This document shows positions 9,395-18,886 of a stretch of DNA of 64,000 nucleotides, in pieces. Within the stretch, counting starts at the first letter, position 1. Each line of letters opens with the position of its first letter. Both the position numbers and the translations under genes were made by a program. This DNA is from Thermocatellispora tengchongensis (lineage in GTDB: Bacteria; Actinomycetota; Actinomycetes; Streptosporangiales; Streptosporangiaceae), in NCBI RefSeq assembly GCF_014202315.1, contig NZ_JACHGN010000001.1:21757-85756 (forward strand). Direction: 5' to 3'. The notes below the pieces were generated by a model that saw only the letters and a program-made list of their open reading frames with translations, searched no databases and had not been told where the DNA came from.

Positions 9395-9861
9395 TCTGGG
9401 CGGGCCTCCGCACCGCTCACAACAGCGCTCCCCGCGGCCGGGCCCGCCGTGTCACGCACCACCGCGCCGCTCACGACGGCGCTGATCGCCACCGCGCCGA
9501 CGCTCAGGTGCATCGCGACCAGGGTCGCCACCGCCGCGGGCGTGACCGCGCCGAGCGTCGGGACCAGCGAGCCGATCACCGTGACCACCGCGACCACCAG
9601 CCAGATGGTCCGGGCCCGCTGGGGGAACAGCCGTCGCAGCACCGCAAGGACGCCGAACCCGGCCAAGCTGAGCACCAGGCTGCTCACCACGATGCCGGGC
9701 ACGCCCACGTTCAGCGCCTCCGGCCCGGTGCCGACCGTGAGGTCCACCCCGGCCCCCGGCACCGCGACCGCCCACACCACGAGGGGCGCGGCCACGGAGC
9801 CCGCGACCCCCGCCGCCACCCCTCGCCACCGGAGCCCTCCGCCCGCCGCCTTCTGGGTCAT
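9391..9861 (-). CDS. small integral membrane protein (4 predicted TM)
   Basis: 157 aa, strongly hydrophobic. Its stop overlaps the histidine kinase start, which makes it a likely third component of the two-component system module. Confidence 0.7.
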   Translation of the reverse strand: MTQKAAGGGLRWRGVAAGVAGSVAAPLVVWAVAVPGAGVDLTVGTGPEALNVGVPGIVVSSLVLSLAGFGVLAVLRRLFPQRARTIWLVVAVVTVIGSLVPTLGAVTPAAVATLVAMHLSVGAVAISAVVSGAVVRDTAGPAAGSAVVSGAEARPE

Positions 9862-10139
9862 CACCGTTCTCCCCCTTCCGTCTCGTCGTCCCGACGACCG
9901 TACGAACGGGGCGCGCGTGAGCGGCAGAGCCGGATGTCGTCTCTTGACCAGGACAAATCACCTGGGTCCCGGCCCTTCCGGGCAGCGGGTGGGGGCGCAT
10001 CGGAAACTTGGCGCCTTGACAGCACCGAAACTACAAGCAGGTGATTTGAGTGGCGGACTTCTACAGAGAAGCCGGGCCGAACAGAATGAGAATCTGGTAA
10101 TGTCCAAATGGCATCACGGCTTGCCTTCCCCGAGAGCAT

Positions 10140-10156
10140 GGTGAAAGAATTTCACC
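10140..10156. promoter_or_regulatory. perfect inverted repeat GGTGAAA-GAA-TTTCACC in an AT-rich intergenic region
   Basis: Read directly from the sequence. It lies in a ~450-bp region of lower GC between divergent transcription units, upstream of the 10.4–19.6 kb operon. Confidence 0.3.
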
Positions 10157-10408
10157 TTCCACGATGCCGCTCCGAGCCGACGCACACGTGCACAACACAT
10201 CGGTCCCGGCCCGCCGAAGCCGCCAATCCGTCCGCGGCGCCACATCGGCCCGCCGGCACCGCCGCACCATCTGAGGTGCTACCAGGCGTCACCGTTTCGG
10301 ATAGTCCTTATCGCACCGTAAGTGATAATCACATTTGACGCCGAAAAGCCCAATTATTCATGTTCATTACCTTCCCAGCAGATCACCGTAGGTCTAATAT
10401 CAGGGTTT

Positions 10409-11632
10409 GTGTCTCGGCATGCGGCGGATTTACCGGACAAGCAAGTATGGCCTCCGAGTGGCAGCGACGCCTCGCCCGGACATTCCCTTGACCATGCCTC
10501 CGATCATGACTTCGATCAGGTCCTGACGTACGACTGGGCCGGCGACGCGGAACCCGTACCCGCGATCGAATGGCGAAAGATCATTGTTTTCGGGTCGGCG
10601 CTGGCCGCGCTCGCGGCGGTGGGCGCGGCGGGGGCGGCCGTACTCCTCACCGCCGAACCGCCCGCGGCCCGCAGCCCCGTCGCGGGCGCCGCCCCCGCAC
10701 CCGGCCGGGCCGCCCCCGGCCCCGCGACCGCGGCCTCGGCCTCGCCCTCGGCCTCGCCCGGCGTACGGGCCCAGCTCACGCCGGCCCAGGCGGCGCGGGT
10801 CCACGACCGCTTCCAGCGCGGGCTGTCCGCCGCCCAGGCGGCGATGGACGCCGAGGCGATCGGCCGCTACGAGCACGGCCTGGCGCTGGAGATGACCCGG
10901 GCGGGCATCGAGACCGCGCGGATGCGGGGAGAGAAGGTGCCGGCCGGGATGTGGCCCAAGCCGCGCGTGTGGGTGCCGCGGCACGCCGAGGGCCGCCCCG
11001 ACTGGTTCGTCGCCGTCTCCCACGAGCCCGGCGTGGCGCGCATCAGCGACGTCATGGAACGTACGCGCGCCGGGTGGCGGCTGGTCGCCTCGGCCGCCGA
11101 CACCCGGGCCACCCCGGAGCCGCTGCCCGCCATCGCCACCGACGCCGCGGGATACGCCACCAGCCTGTCCCAGGACGCGACCGGGCTGCGCGGCACCCCG
11201 CGCCAGATCGTCCGGGCCCACCTGGCCGCCCTGCGCGGCATGCGCGAGGACCCGCGCTTCGCCGACGGCCCGTGGACCGGCGCGGCCGTGCGCTTCTGGC
11301 GCGCGGAACGCGACCGGCTCGAACGGGCCGGCTGGCGGCTGTCCCTGTCGTACATACAGGAAGGACGAATACGCGCGCTGAGGACCGCCGACGGGGGCGC
11401 CCTCGTGTGGTACTCCGCGCGCTCCACCGACACGCGTACGGCCGAGCGGCCGGGCGCCCTGGTGAAGCTGAAAGGAGCGGCCGCGGTACGAACCGCGGAC
11501 AAGTCGTTCGCCCGCTGGGCGAGCGCCACGTACGGACGGATGTACGTCGCGTACATACCACCCGCCGGTTCGGCCGAGCGTGTCCGCGTGATGGGGGAGT
11601 GGACCGATCTCTTGGAGAGCGACGGCGCCTGA
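10409..11632 (+). CDS. hypothetical membrane-anchored protein
   Basis: GC3 becomes strongly biased only from about 10560, and there is one TM helix (IIVFGSALAALAAVGAAGAAVLL). The only in-frame start codons are GTG at 10409 and GTG at 10322, so the start is uncertain. Confidence 0.6.
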   Translation: MSRHAADLPDKQVWPPSGSDASPGHSLDHASDHDFDQVLTYDWAGDAEPVPAIEWRKIIVFGSALAALAAVGAAGAAVLLTAEPPAARSPVAGAAPAPGRAAPGPATAASASPSASPGVRAQLTPAQAARVHDRFQRGLSAAQAAMDAEAIGRYEHGLALEMTRAGIETARMRGEKVPAGMWPKPRVWVPRHAEGRPDWFVAVSHEPGVARISDVMERTRAGWRLVASAADTRATPEPLPAIATDAAGYATSLSQDATGLRGTPRQIVRAHLAALRGMREDPRFADGPWTGAAVRFWRAERDRLERAGWRLSLSYIQEGRIRALRTADGGALVWYSARSTDTRTAERPGALVKLKGAAAVRTADKSFARWASATYGRMYVAYIPPAGSAERVRVMGEWTDLLESDGA

Positions 11633-11658
11633 CGCCGGCCTGGAGAGGAGACACACTC

Positions 11659-13224
11659 ATGGCGAGATCATCGAGACGACCCGCACGCGCCACAGTGATC
11701 ACGGCCGGTGCCGCGCTGGGAGTCTTCGCACTGGGCGCCGGGCTCGGCGTCGTCGTCTCCGGAGGCTCCGAAGGCACGATGCGGCTCGCCGCCGGCACAT
11801 ATCGGCTGGACGACGACGGCCGGCTCCTCACCACCGAGCCTCCCGCCTCGGAGCAGGAGGCCGCGCCCCTCTCCGACGCCGACATGGGCAGCACGATCAC
11901 GGACGCCGCGGATGACGAACGCGTCTGCCTGACCACGACCACCGACGGCCGGGCCGTCGGCTCCTCCGGACGCGACTGCACCCCGCTGCCGTTCGTGGGC
12001 GGTGCGGCGGGCGCGTTACGCCCCGGCAACCCCAAGCATCCCCCACGCCCGACGGCGACCCCCAGCGCGACGGGCAGCCCCACCGCCACCCCCAGCGCGA
12101 CGGGCAGCCCCACCCGCACCCGGACGGCCCCGCCGTCCCCCCGCCCGACGCCCACCATGACGGGCACGCCCCGCCCGAGCGCGCCGCCCACGCGCACGCG
12201 CACGCCGGCCCCGACCGCCAGCCCCAGGCCGTCCACCACGGCGACCGGGTGCGTGCTGCGCGCGCCCAACGGGGTCGCGCTCACCCCGGCCATGCCGCAG
12301 AGCGGCAACGGCGACCGGGGCCGGCCGCGGCCCACCGGATGCCCGGCGCCCACGACGTCCGTGAGCGCGAGCACCGGCGTGACCCCCACCGCCCCGGGCA
12401 CGCCGACCCGCGACGGCGGCAACCGCGAGATCCTGCCCCCGCGCACCCCCGACGCGCCCCCCACCCAAGCGCCCCGCCCCGGCGCGCCGACCGCCGACGC
12501 ACCCGGTCCCGGCGCACCCACCGCCGACGCACCCGGCCCCGGCGCACCCACCGCCGACGTCCCCGCCCCCGCGCCCAGCGCGGGTGACGGGAGCCGCGAC
12601 GTGGTCCCGCCGACCACGCCCAGCCAGGCGCCCACCGGCAGCCCCTCGCCGGGCACCGAGGGTGGCGGCGACGGGGCGGACAGCCTGCCGGTGTTCCGCG
12701 ACCCCGAGCTGCTGCGGCGGGCGTACGAGGCGCTGGGCATCGGCACGCGCGACTACATCGACGAGAACGGCGTGTGGGACCTCAACGTGGCGCCGCCCGG
12801 CACCCCGCCGTGCCGCGACTACACCGAGGAGGAGCTGGAGCGCCTGCGCGAGCAGGCGGGCGACCGGGGCCTGCCCACCGGCGTGATCCCGCGCGACTCG
12901 TGCCTGTGGCCGGCCTTCATCCGCTGGCTGCTCGCCGACCCGGCGCCGGGCGAGGTGAGCAACTGGACCAAGTTCACCGGCCTGCCGGACCGGAACCTGG
13001 ACATCGAGGTCGTCGATCCGGCGAGCCCGGCACCCGTCGCGACGCCGGCCGTCCCGGCGCAGGAGGTGCCACAGGCGCCGGATCGGCCCGGCGACGGCCG
13101 TGACGACGGCCGTGATGACGGCCCCGACGACGGCTACGGGCGGCCGGAAGGCTACGAGGAGGGGCAGGTGAACGGGTTCGGCCGGGACGAGGCCGGGCCG
13201 GATGGTCCGGGATTCACGGAATGA
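11659..13224 (+). CDS. secreted Pro/Thr-rich repeat protein
   Basis: ATG at 11659 with a GGAGAGGAG RBS, a signal-peptide-like N-terminus, PTATPSATGS x2 and APTADAPGPG x3 repeats, and an acidic C-terminal tail. Confidence 0.7.
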   Translation: MARSSRRPARATVITAGAALGVFALGAGLGVVVSGGSEGTMRLAAGTYRLDDDGRLLTTEPPASEQEAAPLSDADMGSTITDAADDERVCLTTTTDGRAVGSSGRDCTPLPFVGGAAGALRPGNPKHPPRPTATPSATGSPTATPSATGSPTRTRTAPPSPRPTPTMTGTPRPSAPPTRTRTPAPTASPRPSTTATGCVLRAPNGVALTPAMPQSGNGDRGRPRPTGCPAPTTSVSASTGVTPTAPGTPTRDGGNREILPPRTPDAPPTQAPRPGAPTADAPGPGAPTADAPGPGAPTADVPAPAPSAGDGSRDVVPPTTPSQAPTGSPSPGTEGGGDGADSLPVFRDPELLRRAYEALGIGTRDYIDENGVWDLNVAPPGTPPCRDYTEEELERLREQAGDRGLPTGVIPRDSCLWPAFIRWLLADPAPGEVSNWTKFTGLPDRNLDIEVVDPASPAPVATPAVPAQEVPQAPDRPGDGRDDGRDDGPDDGYGRPEGYEEGQVNGFGRDEAGPDGPGFTE

Positions 13225-15158
13225 ACACGCCCACCGGAGCCGGCAACGTCGTCCTGGGCGAAGGGGCGGCGTGGGTGAGCGAGCACGGCGCCCACCTGAT
13301 GGACTACGCCGGGCACCACCTCGGTCCCGAGCAGGCGCTCTCGGCGGTGGGCGGCACGCTGGCCGCGTGCCTGCGCCGCCCGATGCCCGGCGACGCCACG
13401 CCCCGGGCGCGGCTGCTCGCCGTGCTGCGCCGCGAGTGCCGCGTCCTCGGCACGGGACCGGAGCGGGAGTACGTGCCCGGCACCGGTCCCGGCATGCCCG
13501 ACGCCGAGGTGATCGAGCGCGGCTGGACGCTGGCCGAGCCCCTGGGCACCGAGGCACTGCGGCTGATGTACCGGCACGGGCTCGGCCCCAAGGACCTGGC
13601 CTACGTGCTCGCGCTGCCCGAGCGCGACGTCGGCAGGCTGGTGACCAGGACCCAGGACCTGGTCGAGACGCTGGTCAGCGGGCTGGATGCGATCCAGCAC
13701 GGGCGGCACGCGTGCGCGGCGCTCGAACCGCTGGTCAACATGCTGTTCTCCGAGGAGTACGGCCCGCGCCGCCCGGCCGAGTTCGACGCCGACCGCGCGG
13801 CCCTGCTCAGCCACCTGGCCGAGTGTTCGGTGTGCACTCGGCCGATCTCCATCCGCTACACGGTCCCGCAGATGATCTCCCATCCACCGGTCGCGCCACT
13901 GTCCGCCGAGGTGCGGGAGCGGCTGCTCGCCCGGCTGCCGGCCACGGTGCAGCGCCCGACCGTGGTCCCGCTCACCGACCCCCTGCCGCCGCCCGCGGCG
14001 TCCGGCACCCCCGGCCCCTCTGACGGCGAGGGCGGCCCGGAGGAGATCACGCTGCCCAACATCGAGGCCGGCCTGCCCCCGGCCCCCCTCCGGCCGGGAC
14101 AGGACACGCCGCTGTACGACGCGCTGCTGTCCCAGGTGTGGGCCCGCGAGGTGCTGGCCCGCACCGAGAATCCCCCCGCCAGACCGGGCACAACGCCAGG
14201 CGCCCAGCCCCCCGCCAGGCCGGCGCAGCCGCCCGCCTTCGGCCACGGACCCGTTTCCGGCTCGAACCCCGCTCCCGCGCCCACCCACCCCACCCCGCGG
14301 GAGCAGGAGTTCGAGATCCCCCTCCCCGCCCCGGTCCTCCTGCCTCCCGGCGAGCGCCGGCAGGACCGGGGCGGGGAGGCACGGAGCGCCTTCTGGGACG
14401 GAGACTGGGACGACGAGGACTGGGGCGGGAAGGACTGGGGCGACGACCCGACCGTGGAGTTCAGCGCGGTCCCACGCCGGCCGCACGACCCACCGCCCCC
14501 CGAGCCGCCCGCCGCCGCCCCCGAACCGCACCGAACGCGAACCGGCCTACGTACCGGCGAGCGAACCGGCGAGCGAACCGGCGAGCGAAGGGGCGAACGA
14601 ACCAAGGGACGCAGTGGGGACCGGGCCGCAGGCAGGACCCGCACCCGCTCGCGGCTCGTGGCGCGCCTCGGCACCACGACCGTGAAGATCACCGTCATCG
14701 CCGTCGCGGGCACGGCCGGCGTCTGGACCGGCATCAACCTGCTCGGCCCGGCGATCGAGACCGCGCCCCCACTGAACCCCCCGGGGTCGGCCGCCCCCTC
14801 GGGCCCCGGCACCCTCGCCGGAGCGGGGTCCGGGACCGGGCCGGGAACCGGCGCGCCGGTGGGCCCGGCACCGCTGTCGGTGCCACCGGAGGTGACGCTG
14901 AACGACTACGGCCAGGGCACCATGCGCCTGACGCTGGCGGACGAGGACGCCGGCCCCGCCGACTGGCGGATCGCGGCGCCCGGCCTGGTCGCCGAGCCGT
15001 CCAGCGGCACGCTGAAACCCGGCCGGACCCAGGTGGTCACGCTACGGGCGCTGCGCGTCCGCCACTGGTGCGGCGCCCCGGCCCCCGTCACCGCGCCGCT
15101 GACCCTGTACGGACCGAAGGGCTCGGCCACCACGTCGGTGCGCTGGAGCACCTGCTGA
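13221..15158 (+). CDS. membrane protein with sigma-70 region-4-like HTH and anti-sigma-type zinc finger (HxxxCxxC)
   Basis: ATGA overlap with the upstream gene. LGPKDLAYVLALPERDVGRLVTRTQDL resembles sigma region 4, and SHLAECSVCTRP is a zf-HC2 motif. A Pro-rich linker, one TM helix near residue 500, and an extracytoplasmic C-terminal domain follow. Confidence 0.7.
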   Translation: MNTPTGAGNVVLGEGAAWVSEHGAHLMDYAGHHLGPEQALSAVGGTLAACLRRPMPGDATPRARLLAVLRRECRVLGTGPEREYVPGTGPGMPDAEVIERGWTLAEPLGTEALRLMYRHGLGPKDLAYVLALPERDVGRLVTRTQDLVETLVSGLDAIQHGRHACAALEPLVNMLFSEEYGPRRPAEFDADRAALLSHLAECSVCTRPISIRYTVPQMISHPPVAPLSAEVRERLLARLPATVQRPTVVPLTDPLPPPAASGTPGPSDGEGGPEEITLPNIEAGLPPAPLRPGQDTPLYDALLSQVWAREVLARTENPPARPGTTPGAQPPARPAQPPAFGHGPVSGSNPAPAPTHPTPREQEFEIPLPAPVLLPPGERRQDRGGEARSAFWDGDWDDEDWGGKDWGDDPTVEFSAVPRRPHDPPPPEPPAAAPEPHRTRTGLRTGERTGERTGERRGERTKGRSGDRAAGRTRTRSRLVARLGTTTVKITVIAVAGTAGVWTGINLLGPAIETAPPLNPPGSAAPSGPGTLAGAGSGTGPGTGAPVGPAPLSVPPEVTLNDYGQGTMRLTLADEDAGPADWRIAAPGLVAEPSSGTLKPGRTQVVTLRALRVRHWCGAPAPVTAPLTLYGPKGSATTSVRWSTC

Positions 15159-15196
15159 CCGAACCGCCTCACCGCAGATCGGGAAAGGACCCGGCA

Positions 15197-16381
15197 ATGA
15201 CCGAGCTATCCCCCCGTACGCAGTCGAACCACTCCTCCCCCGCCCACGCGGCCCCGCCTCTCGGCGAACACCCCGTGGCCAAACAGCCCACCGACACACA
15301 GCTCACCAACACACCGTTCACCGACACCCCGCTGATTGACGCGCCGCTCACCGGAAAGGCGCCCGCGCACGCGGCGCCGTCCACGCCTACGCCCACGCCA
15401 CCGTCCACGCCCGCGTCCGGTCCGGGCCACGCGCCGGTGGACCAGTTCACCGACCCGGTGCCGCTGACCGCCGAGCACCTGCTCACCAACCGGCGCCCCG
15501 AGCCCGCGGGCGGGTGGCGGCGGATGGTCTGGCTGCTGTCCGGCAAGCGGATCATCCCCGGCGAGTCCGCCGCCGAGATCGAGCGCCGCATGCTCATCGC
15601 CCAGGCTCAGATCCCGGTCGCCAGCGGCCACCACCGGATCGCGGTGATGAGCCTGAAGGGCGGCGTCGGCAAGACCACGACCACCGCCGCGCTGGGCAAC
15701 ACGCTGGCGTCGCTGCGCGGCGACCGGGTGATCGCGGTGGACGCCAACCCCGACCGGGGCACGCTCGGCCTGAAGGTCAAGTCCGAGACCGCGGCCACGA
15801 TCCGCACCCTGCTCGCCGAGGCCCCGAACATCGCACGGTACGCCGACGCCCGCGCCTTCACCTCGCAGTCGCCGGCGCGGCTGGAGGTCCTGGCCTCCGA
15901 CACCGACCCCGCGGTGAGCGAGGCGTTCAACGCCGACGACTACCGGACGGTGGCCGGGCTGATCGAGCGCTACTACTCGATCTGCATCACCGACTGCGGC
16001 ACCGGCCTGCTGCACGGCGCGATGGGCGCGACCCTGGAGCTCGCCGACCAGATCGTGCTGGTCAGCCTGGTCGCCGTGGACGGGGCCAGCTCCGCCGCCG
16101 CGACCCTGGACTGGCTGACCGCGCACGGCTACGGCGAGCTGGTCAAGAACGCGATCGTGGTGCTCAACGCCGTGGAGCCGAAGTCCGACGTGGACCTCAA
16201 CCTGCTGGAGCGCCACTTCGACCAGCGCTGCCGCACGGTGATCCAGGTGCCGTTCGACCCGCACCTGAAGGAGGGCGCCGAGGTGGACCTGCTGCGGCTC
16301 AAGCCCGCCACGCGGGCGGCGTACCTGCGGCTGGCCGCCGCCGCGGGGCAGGCGTTCGGCCGGCCCAAGCGGAGCCACTAG
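15197..16381 (+). CDS. MinD/ParA-family P-loop ATPase with N-terminal extension (Ssd/CpaE-like)
   Basis: Deviant Walker A motif MSLKGGVGKTTTTAALG, an A' motif (VIAVDANPDRG) and a Walker B motif (ICITDCG). The ~130-aa N-terminal extension is Pro/Thr-rich. An RBS (GGGAAAGGA) precedes the ATG. Confidence 0.8.
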   Translation: MTELSPRTQSNHSSPAHAAPPLGEHPVAKQPTDTQLTNTPFTDTPLIDAPLTGKAPAHAAPSTPTPTPPSTPASGPGHAPVDQFTDPVPLTAEHLLTNRRPEPAGGWRRMVWLLSGKRIIPGESAAEIERRMLIAQAQIPVASGHHRIAVMSLKGGVGKTTTTAALGNTLASLRGDRVIAVDANPDRGTLGLKVKSETAATIRTLLAEAPNIARYADARAFTSQSPARLEVLASDTDPAVSEAFNADDYRTVAGLIERYYSICITDCGTGLLHGAMGATLELADQIVLVSLVAVDGASSAAATLDWLTAHGYGELVKNAIVVLNAVEPKSDVDLNLLERHFDQRCRTVIQVPFDPHLKEGAEVDLLRLKPATRAAYLRLAAAAGQAFGRPKRSH

Positions 16382-17130
16382 TGCCCCCGGTCATCGAGGA
16401 CCCCGTGCTGGACTGGGGCCTGCGGCCCCGCCGGCACATCCTCCGCTGGGCGCTGCTCGCGCTCGCGGGGGCGGTCGTCGTGGCCGGGGCCATCTGGCTG
16501 GTCGTCCGGCTGGCGGCGGGCACCTCCGATCCCGCGCCCTCCGAGCCGGCCCCGACCGCCACGGCGTTGACGCTGGCGCGGCCGAGCGCGTACCACGGGC
16601 CCGCCGGATATCCGATCGGGTTCCCCCGTACGGAGCTGGGCGCCGCGTCGGCCGCCGCCGCGGCCCTGGAGGCGGCCTGGACGCTCGACGGCACCGAGGC
16701 CGAGCAGGCCGCCATCCTGTACGCCCCGCCCGAGCAGCACCAGGCCGCCAGGGACGGCGCCCGCGCGGCGGCACGCGACTGGCGCCAGACCCTGGGCCTC
16801 CCCACGGACGGCGACCTGCCCGAGGGCGCCGCCATGCGCACCACCACGATCGGCGTCCAGTGGCGCAAGCGGGCCGACGATCTCGTGCTCGTCTCCGTCC
16901 TGGTGCAGGTCAACGCCACGAAGGGCGTCGAGGACACCGGCGCCACCTACTCCAGCCCGTACGCCCTGAACCTGCTCATGGCCTGGCGGGACGACCTGCG
17001 GGGCGAGGGCCGGGGCGACTGGGTGAACGTGCCCGACACGCAGGCCACCGTCGTACCCAAGGTCGCCCTCCCCGGCACCGACGAGTTCCGCTCCGCGGGC
17101 TGGTACCCCATCGCGGGGCCGGCCCAATAG
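16381..17130 (+). CDS. hypothetical single-pass membrane protein
   Basis: GTG start overlapping the upstream TAG by 1 nt, in frame with ORF 15514..17130. One TM helix (LALAGAVVVAGAIWLVV) is followed by a periplasmic domain. GC3 is high. Confidence 0.65.
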   Translation: MPPVIEDPVLDWGLRPRRHILRWALLALAGAVVVAGAIWLVVRLAAGTSDPAPSEPAPTATALTLARPSAYHGPAGYPIGFPRTELGAASAAAAALEAAWTLDGTEAEQAAILYAPPEQHQAARDGARAAARDWRQTLGLPTDGDLPEGAAMRTTTIGVQWRKRADDLVLVSVLVQVNATKGVEDTGATYSSPYALNLLMAWRDDLRGEGRGDWVNVPDTQATVVPKVALPGTDEFRSAGWYPIAGPAQ

Positions 17131-17155
17131 CCCGACCCGAGTTCGTGGAGGATTC

Positions 17156-18886
17156 ATGACCCCCCGCAGTTCCTCCCGGCGCCACAAGCTGGTCTCCGGC
17201 CTCCTCCTCGCCGGGGTCTCCGCTACGACCGGCGCGGTCATCGCATATCCGTGGGCCGCCGCGGCCGATCCGGCCTCACCCGAGGCGGCCTTACCCTCGG
17301 GCGTCGAGACGCCCGACCCCACGTCGGCCCCGGCTCCCCAGGAGATCCCCCCGGGGCCGTCCGAGAACGAGGAGCCGACGGACGCCGCGACGGACGAGAA
17401 CACCGCCCCTCCCCCCGAGGAGCAGACCCAGCCCCCCGCGGACGACCCGCCCTCCGCCGAGACACCCACCGAGGCGCCCACCGACACACCGCCGGAGACT
17501 CCCACCGAGGCGCCCACAGAGCCCCCGACCGAGACACCGACTGAGGCGCCGACCGATTCGGAGACGTCCCCGCCCACCGAGACGGCGCGGCCGTCCCTGC
17601 GCCCGACGTACACGCCGCCGTCCAGGCACCGCAACCGCGAGCGCCGCCCCGCCCGTCGCGCCGCCCCCACCCCGGCCCCCTCGACCAGCACGCCGACGGC
17701 CACGACCACCACGCCCCCGAGCCAGGAGCCGATCGAGACACCGACCAATACACCGACCAATACCCCCATCAAGACACCGACCAAGACACCGACCGAGGCG
17801 CCCACCCCCACACCCACCCCCACGCCCACGGGCACGGGTTCCACCGCACCGCCGACCACCTCACCCCCGGCCACGACCGCACCCCCCAAGTCCACCCCGA
17901 AACCGAAGAAGACCCCACCCGCGAAGAAGACCCCGAAACCCAAGACCACGCCGAAGCCCAAGGCCACCTCGAAGCCGAAGCCCACGCCCAAGACGACCCC
18001 CAAGACGACCCCGAAGGCGACGCCCAAGGCGACCCCGAAGGCGACGCCCAAGACCACACCCAAGACGACGCCCAAGACGACGCCCAAGCCCAAGACGGGC
18101 TCCACGGCGGCGCCCACCAAGACCCCGCCCAAGGCACCCCCGAAGACGAGCCCCGCCCCGAGCCCGACCCCGGCACAAACGCAGAGCCCGACACGAACAC
18201 CACCGCAGACGCAGACACCACCCACCCAGGCGCCGCCTCAAACCCAGGCGCCGACGCTGCAGGCGACCCCCACCCCCACGACTCCGCCCACCGTCTCGGC
18301 GTCGCAGCGGGCGACGGTCACCCCCACCCCCACCCCCACCCCCACGACCACGACCACGACCACGACCGCCGGCCCCGTGGGACCGCCGCCGGCGCAGCCG
18401 CAACCCGTGGCGCCCGTGCCGCCGGTGCAGCACCAGCAGGTGCCGCCGGCCGCGGCGAAGAAGGTGCTGCCGATGCCGCCGTTGAAGCGCGCGTCGTCCT
18501 GCCTGCCCTACGACCCGGCGGGCTGCTGGAGCCTGGCCCCGTGGCGGGGCCGCACGGTGTCCGGGATCGCGGCCACCCCGGCCGCGGCGGCCAAGCAGTT
18601 CGCCGAGCCGGCGGGCACCCCGAGGTGGGCCTTCGCGCCGCCGGTCGTGCCCCCGCCGCAGGCGGCCGTCACCCCGACCGCCACGCCCACGCCGACCCCC
18701 ACGACCACCGTGCCCACGACCACTGTGCCCACGACCACTGTGCCCACGACCGTGCCAACGACGACCGTGCCAACGACGACCGCGCCACCCGCCACCACGT
18801 CGGCCAAGCGCGCCGCGCCGCGCGCCGGCTGCTGGTCCTTCAGCCCGTCCGCGCTCTGCGCCAGGTCTGAGGAGCGCCGCCCATGA
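17156..18886 (+). CDS. secreted mucin-like Pro/Thr/Lys-rich repeat protein
   Basis: Signal peptide (LLLAGVSATTGAVIAYPWAAAA), then (TEAPTDTPPE)n and (TPKT/A)n repeat tracts, with Cys-containing C-terminal segments. Confidence 0.7.
   Translation: MTPRSSSRRHKLVSGLLLAGVSATTGAVIAYPWAAAADPASPEAALPSGVETPDPTSAPAPQEIPPGPSENEEPTDAATDENTAPPPEEQTQPPADDPPSAETPTEAPTDTPPETPTEAPTEPPTETPTEAPTDSETSPPTETARPSLRPTYTPPSRHRNRERRPARRAAPTPAPSTSTPTATTTTPPSQEPIETPTNTPTNTPIKTPTKTPTEAPTPTPTPTPTGTGSTAPPTTSPPATTAPPKSTPKPKKTPPAKKTPKPKTTPKPKATSKPKPTPKTTPKTTPKATPKATPKATPKTTPKTTPKTTPKPKTGSTAAPTKTPPKAPPKTSPAPSPTPAQTQSPTRTPPQTQTPPTQAPPQTQAPTLQATPTPTTPPTVSASQRATVTPTPTPTPTTTTTTTTAGPVGPPPAQPQPVAPVPPVQHQQVPPAAAKKVLPMPPLKRASSCLPYDPAGCWSLAPWRGRTVSGIAATPAAAAKQFAEPAGTPRWAFAPPVVPPPQAAVTPTATPTPTPTTTVPTTTVPTTTVPTTVPTTTVPTTTAPPATTSAKRAAPRAGCWSFSPSALCARSEERRP
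17455..18110 (+). repeat. in-frame low-complexity tandem repeats (PTEAPTE... and TPKTTPKATPK...)
   Basis: Visible nucleotide periodicity (gag/acc/ccc/aag/acg units) encoding PT(E/K) repeats inside the 17156..18886 CDS. Confidence 0.6.

Noticed and set aside
10108-10338. 76-aa ORF inside the AT-rich leader
   Set aside because: Low GC3, no RBS and no motifs. It is more likely non-coding regulatory DNA.
10570-13224. 884-aa ORF spanning two genes
   Set aside because: The 5' third is an out-of-frame read-through of the preceding gene (Arg/Gly/Pro garbage). The real gene starts at the ATG at 11659, which has an RBS. Likewise, ORF 14138..16381 was trimmed to 15197 and ORF 15514..17130 to 16381.
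16378-18225. 615-aa minus-strand ORF and other long antisense ORFs (11052..12746, 12016..13557, 13152..14531, 15206..16378)
   Set aside because: They are antisense to the coupled plus-strand operon, and their composition is repetitive G/R/A/V. None has a recognisable domain.
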